Position numbers and translations under genes: made by a program. From NCBI GenBank assembly GCA_030640275.1, contig DAOWJR010000033.1, positions 1 to 48,395 on the forward strand: a stretch of 48,395 nt of DNA, given 5' to 3'. This DNA comes from Actinomycetes bacterium (GTDB lineage: Bacteria; Actinomycetota; Humimicrobiia; JAHJRV01). Below, one piece after another: positions 35,396-44,579 of this stretch; the stretch's first letter is position 1, and the number at the start of each line of letters is the position of its first letter. The notes under the pieces were generated by a model. It worked only from the letters and a program-made list of their open reading frames with translations. It did not search any database and had not been told where the DNA came from.

Positions 35396-37900
35396 TTACG
35401 CACCACAGCAATGTTTGTACTTTTTCCCACTTCCACATGGACATGGCTCATTTCTTCCAATCTTTTTATATTTTACTGCTATTTTTTTTGTTTTTACCTT
35501 TTTATTTTTAGTTAATATCCTTTCTTTCGAAGCTTCTCTATTCTCTTCTTTTTCCTCTACCTTTTTTGCATGAAACAATATTCTCAAAACATCTGCTTTC
35601 ATCTCGTCTATCATTTGCTTAAACATACTATAGCTTTCATGCTGATACTCTATTAATGGGTCTCTTTGTGCATATGCATGTAAGCCTATTCCATCTCTTA
35701 AATCATCCATGTCTCTTAGATGTTCACGCCAATGATAATCCATTACATTTAATAAGATATACCTTTCCAAACTCCTCATCTGCTCAAAACCAACTTCCTG
35801 CTCTTTTGATTTGTATATATCTAAAAGGTATTCTTTCAAACAATTCTCAAGCTCTACTTTCTTATTCATCTCTGATATTGTAAAACCAACTTGTTTGTCA
35901 GGTGAAACAAGACGGGAAAGAAATATATTTATCCTTGATTTATTATCTTGATGAAGTTTTAGCTCTTGCAAGGAAATTGTTTTTATTTCTTTCTCTACAA
36001 CATCTTCTATCACATTTTTTATATTTTCAGTAATATTTTCTTGTTTTAAAATATTACTTCTCTGATTATATATAACCTCTCTTTGTTTATTTAACACATC
36101 ATCATACTCCAAAACCCTTTTTCTCATATCAAAATGAACTGATTCAATCTCCTTTTGTGCAATTTCTACAGATTTTGTAACCAATCGATGAGCAATTGGT
36201 TCATCATCTGGGAAATTAAATCTTTCCATGACTTTCCCAATTCTCTCTGAACCAAATAACCTCATAAGCTCATCATCAAGAGATAAATAGAATTGTGAAG
36301 AACCAGGATCACCTTGCCTTCCTGACCTACCCCTGAGTTGATTGTCTATCCTCCGGGCTTCATGTCTCTCTGTTCCTAAAATATGAAGACCTTCAATTTT
36401 GGTAACTCCTTCTCCTAAAACAATGTCAGTTCCCCTTCCAGCCATATTGGTGGCAATTGTAACCGCTCCCATCTGTCCCGCTTTGGCAACGATTTCTGCT
36501 TCCCTCTCATGGTATTTTGCATTTAATACCTCATGTTTTATTCCCTTTCTTTTTAACATATTTGAAAGATGCTCAGATTTTTCAACTGATCTGGTTCCAA
36601 CTAAGATAGGCTGACCTATCTCATGTCTTTTTCTTATATCTTTTATAACATTTTTAAACTTGATTTCCTCATTTTTATAAATTAAATCTGGAAGATTATT
36701 TCTAATTAATGTTTTATTAGGAGGAATAACAACCACTTCAAGACTATAAATTTTTCTAAACTCCTCCGCTTCAGTAGCTGCTGTTCCTGTCATACCAGCT
36801 AATTTTTCATACATCCTGAAATAGTTCTGTATGGTTATTGTAGCTAATGTTTGGTGCTCCTGTTTTATTTTTACACCCTCTTTTGCTTCTATTGCTTGAT
36901 GTAATCCCTCACTATATCTTCTTCCTGGCATTAATCTTCCCGTAAATTCATCTATGATTACCACCTCACCATTTTTAACCAAATAATCAACATCCCTTTT
37001 AAAAAGAATTAAAGCTTTTAATGCTTGATTTAGATGATGAATCAAAATTGCATTTTTGGGATCATAAAGGTTATCAATTTTCAACATTTTTTCAACACGT
37101 TTTACACCATTTTCTGTAACAAAAACGGATCTCTCCTTCTCGCTAACTTCATAGTCTACATTTCTTTTTAATCCAGGAGTTAATTTTGCAAAAGTGTAAT
37201 AGATTTTAGCGGATTCGTAAGGAGCCCCAGAAATAATTAAAGGAGTCCTGGCTTCATCAATTAATATACTATCTACTTCATCTACTATTGCATAATAGTG
37301 TCCCCTTTGAACTTGATTATTAGCACTGAAGATCATATTATCTCTTAAATAATCGAATCCAAATTCATTATTGGTTCCATAAATAACACTACAGTTATAC
37401 GCTTCTTTTCTTTCACCTGCTCCCATTTCATTCTGAAGTAGTCCAACATTGAGCCCAAATTTTTTATATATTGGACCCATCCAGTTTGCATCCCTTTTTG
37501 CAAGATAATCATTAACAGTTACAATATGAACTCCTTTGTTTTTAAGCGAATTTAAACAAACAGGCAGTGTAGCAACTAATGTTTTTCCTTCACCTGTCGC
37601 CATCTCTGCTATCTTACTCTGATGTAAAATAATTCCTCCAAAAATCTGAACATCAAAATGTCGCATATTAATTGTTCTTTTTGCGATCTCTCTAACAACT
37701 GCAAATGTCTCTGGCAACAAATCATCAAGAGATTCCCCTCTTTTAAATCTGCTTTTAAATTCATTAGATTTAAAAACTAACTGCTCATCACTCAGTTTAT
37801 TAATATTAACTTCTAATGAGTTAATATAATCAACGAGATTTTGAATATTTTTAACTGTTTTTCCTTCTCCAATGCGAAGAATTTTGCTTAATATATTCAA
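35396..37900 (-). CDS. secA: Preprotein translocase ATPase SecA
   Basis: 834 aa. Walker A MATGEGKT, DEAD-like DEVDSILIDEARTPLIISG, and a C-terminal Zn-binding tail CPCGSGKKYKHCCG. TTG start. Confidence 0.97.
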   Translation of the reverse strand: MNILSKILRIGEGKTVKNIQNLVDYINSLEVNINKLSDEQLVFKSNEFKSRFKRGESLDDLLPETFAVVREIAKRTINMRHFDVQIFGGIILHQSKIAEMATGEGKTLVATLPVCLNSLKNKGVHIVTVNDYLAKRDANWMGPIYKKFGLNVGLLQNEMGAGERKEAYNCSVIYGTNNEFGFDYLRDNMIFSANNQVQRGHYYAIVDEVDSILIDEARTPLIISGAPYESAKIYYTFAKLTPGLKRNVDYEVSEKERSVFVTENGVKRVEKMLKIDNLYDPKNAILIHHLNQALKALILFKRDVDYLVKNGEVVIIDEFTGRLMPGRRYSEGLHQAIEAKEGVKIKQEHQTLATITIQNYFRMYEKLAGMTGTAATEAEEFRKIYSLEVVVIPPNKTLIRNNLPDLIYKNEEIKFKNVIKDIRKRHEIGQPILVGTRSVEKSEHLSNMLKRKGIKHEVLNAKYHEREAEIVAKAGQMGAVTIATNMAGRGTDIVLGEGVTKIEGLHILGTERHEARRIDNQLRGRSGRQGDPGSSQFYLSLDDELMRLFGSERIGKVMERFNFPDDEPIAHRLVTKSVEIAQKEIESVHFDMRKRVLEYDDVLNKQREVIYNQRSNILKQENITENIKNVIEDVVEKEIKTISLQELKLHQDNKSRINIFLSRLVSPDKQVGFTISEMNKKVELENCLKEYLLDIYKSKEQEVGFEQMRSLERYILLNVMDYHWREHLRDMDDLRDGIGLHAYAQRDPLIEYQHESYSMFKQMIDEMKADVLRILFHAKKVEEKEENREASKERILTKNKKVKTKKIAVKYKKIGRNEPCPCGSGKKYKHCCGA

Positions 37901-38154
37901 TTTAAATCAAATTTTTTTAAAAATAATTTAAAAATTTTTTTACTAATCTTATTTCTCCTACTAAGAGGTATTATTTTTTGATTAATAATAAAAAATTTAC
38001 AAAAAGTGTTAACCTAATTTGTTGATAATACATATATTTATTGAGATTGCTTCAGGATTTTGTCCCTCGCAACGACGTTTAAAAATTAGGGTAAAGCATA
38101 AATGATTTACCTTTTAAAAACATAAAATATATTTCTAATTTACCCAGATTTAAT

Positions 38155-38691
38155 TTATTCAGATGGACTTATAAGTCCAAAATTTCCATCCTTTCTTTTA
38201 TAAATTACATTTACTTGATCTGTTTCAGAATTTCTAAAAATATAAAAACCGTGACCAAGCAATTCCAATTGCTCCACTGCTTCTTCTGGAGTCATTGGGA
38301 TAAATTCAAAACTTTTAATCTTAACTATCCTTGCTTTTTTCTTTCCCCCCGTAATTAACTCGCGTGTTGTATGCAAATTAGGTTTTTGAGTACTATCAAT
38401 CAATCTATTCTTATGTTTTTTTACTTGTCTTTCCAATTTATCAACAATAAGGTTAATTGCACTGTATATATTAGAAGAAGCTTCCTTTACCCTTATAGTT
38501 GCTCCTTTCGTTTTTAAAGTTACTTCTGCAATATTGTTTGCTTTTATACTTGGATTCTTCTCAACTAACAATTCAACATCTATACTTATAGCTTGATTGA
38601 AGTATCTTGATATCTTTGAAATTTTTTCTGTAACATGATCTTTAATATCTTGAGTTATTTCTATATTTTTGCCTTTTATGATGATGTTCAT
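38155..38691 (-). CDS. hpf: Ribosome hibernation-promoting factor (long HPF)
   Basis: 178 aa. N-terminal S30AE/YfiA fold (MNIIIKGKNIEITQDIKDHV) plus the C-terminal dimerisation domain (MTPEEAVEQLELLGHGFYIFRN). hpf-secA-prfB synteny. Confidence 0.9.
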   Translation of the reverse strand: MNIIIKGKNIEITQDIKDHVTEKISKISRYFNQAISIDVELLVEKNPSIKANNIAEVTLKTKGATIRVKEASSNIYSAINLIVDKLERQVKKHKNRLIDSTQKPNLHTTRELITGGKKKARIVKIKSFEFIPMTPEEAVEQLELLGHGFYIFRNSETDQVNVIYKRKDGNFGLISPSE

Positions 38692-38757
38692 CCTTAATGT
38701 TCTCCTTTCAAAAAAATTATGAATTTTTTAAGTTTAAATTTTTAATTAAATAAAATT

Positions 38758-38970
38758 TTACAGTTTCCTAACATTTGAAGCTTCGGGGCCTCTATAACCA
38801 TCTATAATCTCAAATTCTACTTCCTGCCCATCTTCTAAGGATTTATAACCTTCTTCTAAGATCGCTGAAAAGCGCACAAAAACATCATTACCTTCTTCAA
38901 TCTCTATGAAACCGTACCCCTTTTCCTCACTATACCATTTGACTTTTCCTCTTTGCAAATTAACCTCCAT
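38758..38970 (-). CDS. Cold-shock protein (CspA family)
   Basis: 70 aa. [16 protein letters not shown] (RNP1) and VFVRFS (RNP2-like). Confidence 0.9.
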   Translation of the reverse strand: MEVNLQRGKVKWYSEEKGYGFIEIEEGNDVFVRFSAILEEGYKSLEDGQEVEFEIIDGYRGPEASNVRKL

Positions 38971-39035
38971 TTTTCAAAATGATTAAAGTGTTATGTCTTG
39001 AATTCAATTATTTTTATATTGTTTTTTTGTTGATT

Positions 39036-39740
39036 TTACATTAATGTTGATCTGGCTAAAGTTAAAACATAAACATTCTTTGCCCCGTTTTTTAATAGAA
39101 CTTTTGAACATTCACTTACTGTATAACCAGTTGTATATACATCGTCTATTAATAGTATATTGCTGCCACATTTCCCTTTATCGTCTTGAAAATCAAATGC
39201 ACCTACAAGATTTTTTTTCCTCTCACTTAACGGTAGAGCCATTTGACTTTCAGTTTTTCTTACTTTTATTAAAAAACCGTTAGCAGGTATTTTTGTTATT
39301 TTAGCTAACCTCTTTGCTAATAGTTCCGATTGATTAAATCCCCTTAAATTTTTATCCTTTCTGGTCAATGGTACAAACTCTATTGAATTAAACAAATTGT
39401 TTTCATAATTCTTCTGATAAACTTTATAAAGAAGCTGAGTTAACACCTCAGTTAAAGATTTAATATGATTATATTTAAACTCTACTATTGCATCTTTTAA
39501 AACAGTTTCATAGAGACCAAAAGACCTCGCTTTAGTAAAATATAGTTTCTCATCTCTACATTCTATGCATCTATCAACTGATCTTAAAGTAGGTTTACCA
39601 CAAAATTGGCAGATGGGGTTTTCTATTTTAGAAATAGTATTCACACAATTCTCACAGAGGAATTTTTCATCTAATTTTGAACAAATTACGCACTTGGGTG
39701 AAAAAAAAATATCAAGGAATGCTTTCAAAAATTTATTCAT
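39036..39740 (-). CDS. comF: ComF family protein (phosphoribosyltransferase-like, ComFC type)
   Basis: 234 aa. N-terminal CxxC pairs, and the PRT motif ILLIDDVYTTGYTV near the C-terminus. Confidence 0.8.
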   Translation of the reverse strand: MNKFLKAFLDIFFSPKCVICSKLDEKFLCENCVNTISKIENPICQFCGKPTLRSVDRCIECRDEKLYFTKARSFGLYETVLKDAIVEFKYNHIKSLTEVLTQLLYKVYQKNYENNLFNSIEFVPLTRKDKNLRGFNQSELLAKRLAKITKIPANGFLIKVRKTESQMALPLSERKKNLVGAFDFQDDKGKCGSNILLIDDVYTTGYTVSECSKVLLKNGAKNVYVLTLARSTLM

Positions 39741-39742
39741 AA

Positions 39743-40858
39743 CTAATAGGAATGGTTATTTTTATCAATTATCTGTTGTGACATTATTTTAACACTGGGA
39801 TGAATGATTGTCCCACTTGCTATTACACTTTCAGATCCTATTACTGCATTTTCCAGGATATGTGCTTGATCTCCTATCTCTGCTGATTCTCCTATTATGG
39901 CACCTATTAAACTCGCATCTTTACCAATATATCCACTCCCCCACTTAATACCTTTATATAGAACTGCTCTCTCCTTAATTAATGTTTCATCACCTATAAT
40001 AAGTGGCCCAAATAGCTTTGCATCTTTCTCAATAATGCAATTTTTGCCAATACAGATTGGTGGAGACATAATAACATCCTCATGAACTTTACAATTTTCA
40101 CCAACCCATATATTCTTGCTTATTTCAGTTCCCGGTATATTAACTTCAACCTTTCTATTTAAAGCATCAAAATTTCCTCTCATATACTCTGAGAGACTAC
40201 CTACATCATTCCAGTATCGAGAATTTATGTATCCATAAATTGGGGTATTCTCTTCAACAGTTTGAGGAAAAACATCAGCGCCAAAATCATAAAACTCATC
40301 ATTCGGAATATAATTAAATATTTCAGGTTCAAAAACATATATTCCACTGTTAGCTAATTTGCTCTTTTCCTTACCTTGTGGAGGTTTTTCTTGAAACCCG
40401 GTTATTCTTTTTTCTTCATTTAAAATAACTACACCGTATGCTGATGGTTCATCTACAGTAGTCAATACCATTGTACACAATCCATTCTTTTGTTTATGAA
40501 ATTTAATTAAATCTTTAAGATCTATATCGGTGAGTGCATCCCCACTCATTATTAAAAATGTTTTATTACCAAAGAAATCTTTCGCATTCTTCACTCCACC
40601 AGCAGTCCCCAAAAGTTTATCTTCATAAGAATAATGAATATTTACTCCAAATGCAGCTCCATCCTTAAAATAATTTTTAATTGCTTCTGGATACCAATGT
40701 AAATTTACAATTATTTCCTCAAAATTAAGTTTTTTCAACAATTCAATTATGTGAGCCATGACAGGTTTATTTACTATTGGAACCATAGGTTTTGATATTA
40801 AATCAGTAAGGGGGCGAAGTCTTGTTCCCAAACCTGCTGCTAAAATCATTACTTTCAT
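39743..40858 (-). CDS. NDP-sugar pyrophosphorylase-like protein (NTP-transferase domain plus C-terminal left-handed beta-helix)
   Basis: 371 aa. MILAAGLGTRLRPLT (GxGTRLxPLT). The C-terminal ~110 aa contain hexapeptide repeats (IGKNCIIEKDAKL..IIGDETLI..IGESAEIGDQAHI..VIGSESVI). The stop is 2 nt from the comF start. Confidence 0.8.
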   Translation of the reverse strand: MKVMILAAGLGTRLRPLTDLISKPMVPIVNKPVMAHIIELLKKLNFEEIIVNLHWYPEAIKNYFKDGAAFGVNIHYSYEDKLLGTAGGVKNAKDFFGNKTFLIMSGDALTDIDLKDLIKFHKQKNGLCTMVLTTVDEPSAYGVVILNEEKRITGFQEKPPQGKEKSKLANSGIYVFEPEIFNYIPNDEFYDFGADVFPQTVEENTPIYGYINSRYWNDVGSLSEYMRGNFDALNRKVEVNIPGTEISKNIWVGENCKVHEDVIMSPPICIGKNCIIEKDAKLFGPLIIGDETLIKERAVLYKGIKWGSGYIGKDASLIGAIIGESAEIGDQAHILENAVIGSESVIASGTIIHPSVKIMSQQIIDKNNHSY

Positions 40859-40904
40859 ATCATAAACACGCTCTTTTTAACCTCTTGAGTATTTTAGATT
40901 TAAT

Positions 40905-41981
40905 TTAAAACTTATGTTTAGTTTCTTTTATTTTATAATAATTTTTTTTTAAATTTATATCATATGGTGGATTTATAACTCCAAGTTCTGTCACAATGGC
41001 TGTTATATATCTTGCGGGAGTAATATCAAATGCGGGATTTTTTACTTTAGTTGTGGAAGGCGCTATCTGACTCTCACCAACAAATAACACTTCTCTTCTA
41101 TCTCTCTCTTCAATGGGGATATCTCCACCAGAATTAATATTCATATCAATAGTTGATGTTGGTGCAACAACATAAAATGGAACTTTGTTCTCTTTTGCCA
41201 AAACAGCTAAAGAATATGTGCCAATCTTATTTGCTGTATCTCCGTTAGCTACTATCCTATCAGCTCCCACCAATACTGTATCAACATCACCTTTATTTAT
41301 AAAATAGCCAGCCATATTATCTGTAATAAGAATATGTTCAATTCCCTCCTTTTTAAGTTCATAAGCTGTTAATCTAGCACCCTGTAGAAATGGACGAGTT
41401 TCATCAACCCATACTCTTTTTATCTTACCCTGCTTGTTTAGACTCCTTACTATACCCAAAGCAGTTCCGTAACCTCCAGTAGCCAATGCTCCAGTATTAC
41501 AATGAGTTAAAACTGAAACCTTTTTATTAAAGAGAGATGACCCGTACTGACCAATCTTTTCATTAATAGCTATGTCCTCTCTTTCAATAATTGTTGCTTC
41601 TTTAATTAATCTATCCTTTAATTTATTAATATCTATATCCATATTACTTATAGCGATATTCATCATTCTTGATAAAGCCCAAAAAAGATTGACAGCTGTT
41701 GGTCTGGCCTTGGATAAATGACTATGAGCAACTTTCAGATCATCTAAAAAAGCTCTGGATGTTTTTGCTTTACTTGAAAGACCAGCTAATGCAAATCCAT
41801 ATGCAGCTGCAACTCCTATTGCAGGAGCACCCCTTATTACCATAGATTTTATTGCTTTTGCAACACATTTATAGTCATCACATATAATGTATTCCTCTTT
41901 AAGAGGTAATTTTCTCTGATCAATCATTTTTACCTTATTATCTATCCATACTATTGATCTGACTTCTTCTTTTTTAACCAT
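40905..41981 (-). CDS. mtnA: S-methyl-5-thioribose-1-phosphate isomerase family (MtnA / eIF-2B alpha-beta-delta-like)
   Basis: 358 aa. IRGAPAIGVAAAYG, RPTAVNLFWA, THCNTGALAT, VDETRPFLQGARLTAYEL, GADRIVANGDTANKIGTY. Confidence 0.85.
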   Translation of the reverse strand: MVKKEEVRSIVWIDNKVKMIDQRKLPLKEEYIICDDYKCVAKAIKSMVIRGAPAIGVAAAYGFALAGLSSKAKTSRAFLDDLKVAHSHLSKARPTAVNLFWALSRMMNIAISNMDIDINKLKDRLIKEATIIEREDIAINEKIGQYGSSLFNKKVSVLTHCNTGALATGGYGTALGIVRSLNKQGKIKRVWVDETRPFLQGARLTAYELKKEGIEHILITDNMAGYFINKGDVDTVLVGADRIVANGDTANKIGTYSLAVLAKENKVPFYVVAPTSTIDMNINSGGDIPIEERDRREVLFVGESQIAPSTTKVKNPAFDITPARYITAIVTELGVINPPYDINLKKNYYKIKETKHKF

Positions 41982-42029
41982 ACAAAACTCACTTATTTAG
42001 AAATTCCTTTTTAAAAAGACAATTAGAAT

Positions 42030-43286
42030 TTATGTTCCTTTCCTCCATGAGGTTAAGTATTTTTGTTGCTCTTTTGTTAATTTATCTATTTTTATATTCA
42101 TTGATTTTAATTTTAATTCTGCAATATAATTATCTATCTTCATAGGAACCTTGTAAACTTTGTTTTCTAATTTTTCTTTATTTTTTATCAGGTACTCAAC
42201 TGATAATGCTTGATTGGAAAAACTCATGTCCATTATACTTGCTGGATGTCCTTCAGCAGCACTTGAATTAATGAGTCTCCCTTCAGCTAAAAGATAGATT
42301 CTTCTACCATCATATAATATATATTCATCAACAAAATCTCTTACTTTCCTCTTAGATTTTGATAGCTTTTCTAAAGCATTAATATCAATTTCAACATTAA
42401 AATGGCCAGTATTACATAAAATGGTTTTATCCTTCATTAACTTTATATGCTTTTCACCTATAACTCTTATATCTCCCGTAGCGGTTATAAAAATATCCCC
42501 AACCTCAGATGCTTCAGATATTGGCATTACCTGGAATCCCTCCATAGCAGCTTCTAAAGCAACAATGGGATCCACCTCTGTTATTATTACTTGAGCACCC
42601 ATTCCTTTAGCTCTCATAGCAACCCCTCTGCCACACCATCCATACCCACAAACCACAAAAATTGAACCAGCTATCATTCTATTTGTCGCTCTCAAAATTC
42701 CGTCAATAGAGCTTTGACCGGTACCGTATCTATTATCAAAAAGATATTTTGTTTCAGCATCATTTGCAGCAATTATTGGAAAAGACAAAATACCTTCTTT
42801 TTCCATACTCCTTAATCTGATAACACCTGTTGTTGTTTCCTCAATTCCTCCAAATATGGATGATAATTGCTGTTTTCTATATAAATGTAATTGGCTTATT
42901 GTATCAGCGCCATCATCTAAAATTACTTGTGGTTTATTGTCCAATATCTTTGAAATATGAGAATAATATGTTTTTTCACTCTCTCCTTTAATAGCAAATA
43001 CTGAAATCTTATAGTCCTTAACTAAACAAGCGCTAACATCATCCTGAGTAGTTAATGGGTTTGAGGCACACAGCATTACATCTGCTCCTCCTGCTTTAAG
43101 AGTCCTCATTAAATTGGCGGTTTCGGTAGTGACATGTAAGCATGCTCCTACTCTTATATCCTTTAGTGGTTTCTCTTTAAAAAATCTATCTTTTATCTTT
43201 GAAAGTACAGGCATAAAATTCTCAGCCCACTCAATCCTTAATTTACCTCTTTTTGAAAGTTCAATATCTTTTAAATCATATTTCAT
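42030..43286 (-). CDS. ahcY: Adenosylhomocysteinase (short, archaeal/Thermotoga-type length)
   Basis: 418 aa. DDGADT, EETTTGV, NAD-binding VCGYGWCGRGVA, and GHFNVEID. Confidence 0.9.
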   Translation of the reverse strand: MKYDLKDIELSKRGKLRIEWAENFMPVLSKIKDRFFKEKPLKDIRVGACLHVTTETANLMRTLKAGGADVMLCASNPLTTQDDVSACLVKDYKISVFAIKGESEKTYYSHISKILDNKPQVILDDGADTISQLHLYRKQQLSSIFGGIEETTTGVIRLRSMEKEGILSFPIIAANDAETKYLFDNRYGTGQSSIDGILRATNRMIAGSIFVVCGYGWCGRGVAMRAKGMGAQVIITEVDPIVALEAAMEGFQVMPISEASEVGDIFITATGDIRVIGEKHIKLMKDKTILCNTGHFNVEIDINALEKLSKSKRKVRDFVDEYILYDGRRIYLLAEGRLINSSAAEGHPASIMDMSFSNQALSVEYLIKNKEKLENKVYKVPMKIDNYIAELKLKSMNIKIDKLTKEQQKYLTSWRKGT

Positions 43287-43399
43287 TTAATATCCTCCAT
43301 AATTTGAGTTTTAAAAACAATTTTAAGAATTAGGTATTTAAAAAATAATACTTTGAAGTTCTTTATTGATTATTTTACACATATACTTTTTAATCTGAG

Positions 43400-43418
43400 G
43401 TAAGAAATCTTTTCTTAC
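43400..43418 (-). terminator. Hairpin after the SDR gene (possible weak terminator or processing site)
   Basis: GTAAGAAA-AGA-TTTCTTAC, an 8-bp stem about 45 nt after the stop. There is no clear T-run on the minus strand. Confidence 0.3.
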
Positions 43419-43460
43419 ATAATTTCATAAATTTAGTTGTAAATAAATTACAAAACTTTT

Positions 43461-44426
43461 TTAAACTCGGTGCTTGATTTTATCTCTCCAATAATTAAGA
43501 GTATCTTCTAAGGTTTTTTCAAGTGGAATCTCGGGTTCCCAACCTGTTAATTCCCTGAATTTTGTAGAATCTCCTTCCAATACTTCAACATCAGAAGGTC
43601 GCATTCTTTCAGCATCTTTAACCACTTCAATATCTACTTCGCTCATTTCAAGTAACATTTTTAATATCTTCTCAATGCTAATGGATTTACCTGATGAAAT
43701 ATTATATACTTCACCTGGCTTACATTTTTCCACTGCTAACCAGTATGCCCTTACTATGTCTCTTACATCCGTAAAGTCTCTTTTTGCATTAAGATTTCCT
43801 ACTCTTACAACAGGATTTTTTGTACCAGCTTCTATTTCAGCAATCTGTTTAGCAAAAGTCGAGACAACAAAAACTTCACCTCTTCTTGGACCTGTATGAT
43901 TAAACGCTCTTGTTCTTATTATCCTGATCCCATATGATTTATAATACTGATAACCTAAAAAATCCTGAGCTATTTTACTTACTGCATAGGGACTTAAGGG
44001 TCGTAGCATATTCTTTTCATCTACTGGTATTTCATCTTCATATACCAAACCATATTCCTCGCTCGAACAAGAAACATGAATTATTGGATCAATACCTAAA
44101 TTTCTTACACCTTCAAATAAGTTTACCTCTCCAATTATATTCGTAGTTAAAGTTTCTGCGGGAGCATGCCATGATGTTGGTACAAAACTTTGTGCAGCTA
44201 AGTGGAATATACAGTGAGGTCTTACCTTCTTTAACATGCTCTGAACAGATACTCCATCTTTAATATCACACTCATATAGATTTATTTTATCTTCAATATG
44301 AAAGATATTATCCTTTTTGCTTCTCCATCTTATAGTTCCATAAACCTCAACATCAGGTTTAGTCAAACAATATTCAGCCAAGTGGCTTCCTACAAAACCT
44401 GTAATTCCTGTTATTAAAACTCTCAT
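43461..44426 (-). CDS. NAD-dependent sugar-nucleotide epimerase/dehydratase (extended SDR; GDP-mannose dehydratase/reductase-like)
   Basis: 321 aa. Rossmann motif ITGITGFVGSHL. Catalytic SPYAVSK (YxxxK). Confidence 0.8.
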   Translation of the reverse strand: MRVLITGITGFVGSHLAEYCLTKPDVEVYGTIRWRSKKDNIFHIEDKINLYECDIKDGVSVQSMLKKVRPHCIFHLAAQSFVPTSWHAPAETLTTNIIGEVNLFEGVRNLGIDPIIHVSCSSEEYGLVYEDEIPVDEKNMLRPLSPYAVSKIAQDFLGYQYYKSYGIRIIRTRAFNHTGPRRGEVFVVSTFAKQIAEIEAGTKNPVVRVGNLNAKRDFTDVRDIVRAYWLAVEKCKPGEVYNISSGKSISIEKILKMLLEMSEVDIEVVKDAERMRPSDVEVLEGDSTKFRELTGWEPEIPLEKTLEDTLNYWRDKIKHRV

Positions 44427-44579
44427 TTTAGTAAATTCCTCCTCTCTAATATAATCCTTTATATTACAAAATAAAATATTTTATATCAAATTCACTATTA
44501 AATTAAAGTGTTTTAATTCTTATAAAATCAGGAATTTGTGTAAAGTAATTAATTTGTATAAAGCTATTATTTTCAAAAA

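Noticed and set aside
43287-43460. Possible SAH or SAM riboswitch upstream of ahcY
   Set aside because: The spacer is almost pure A/T apart from one hairpin (43400-43418) that belongs to the 3' end of the upstream gene. I see no GC-rich pseudoknotted core of the kind found in SAH riboswitches or SAM-I/II.
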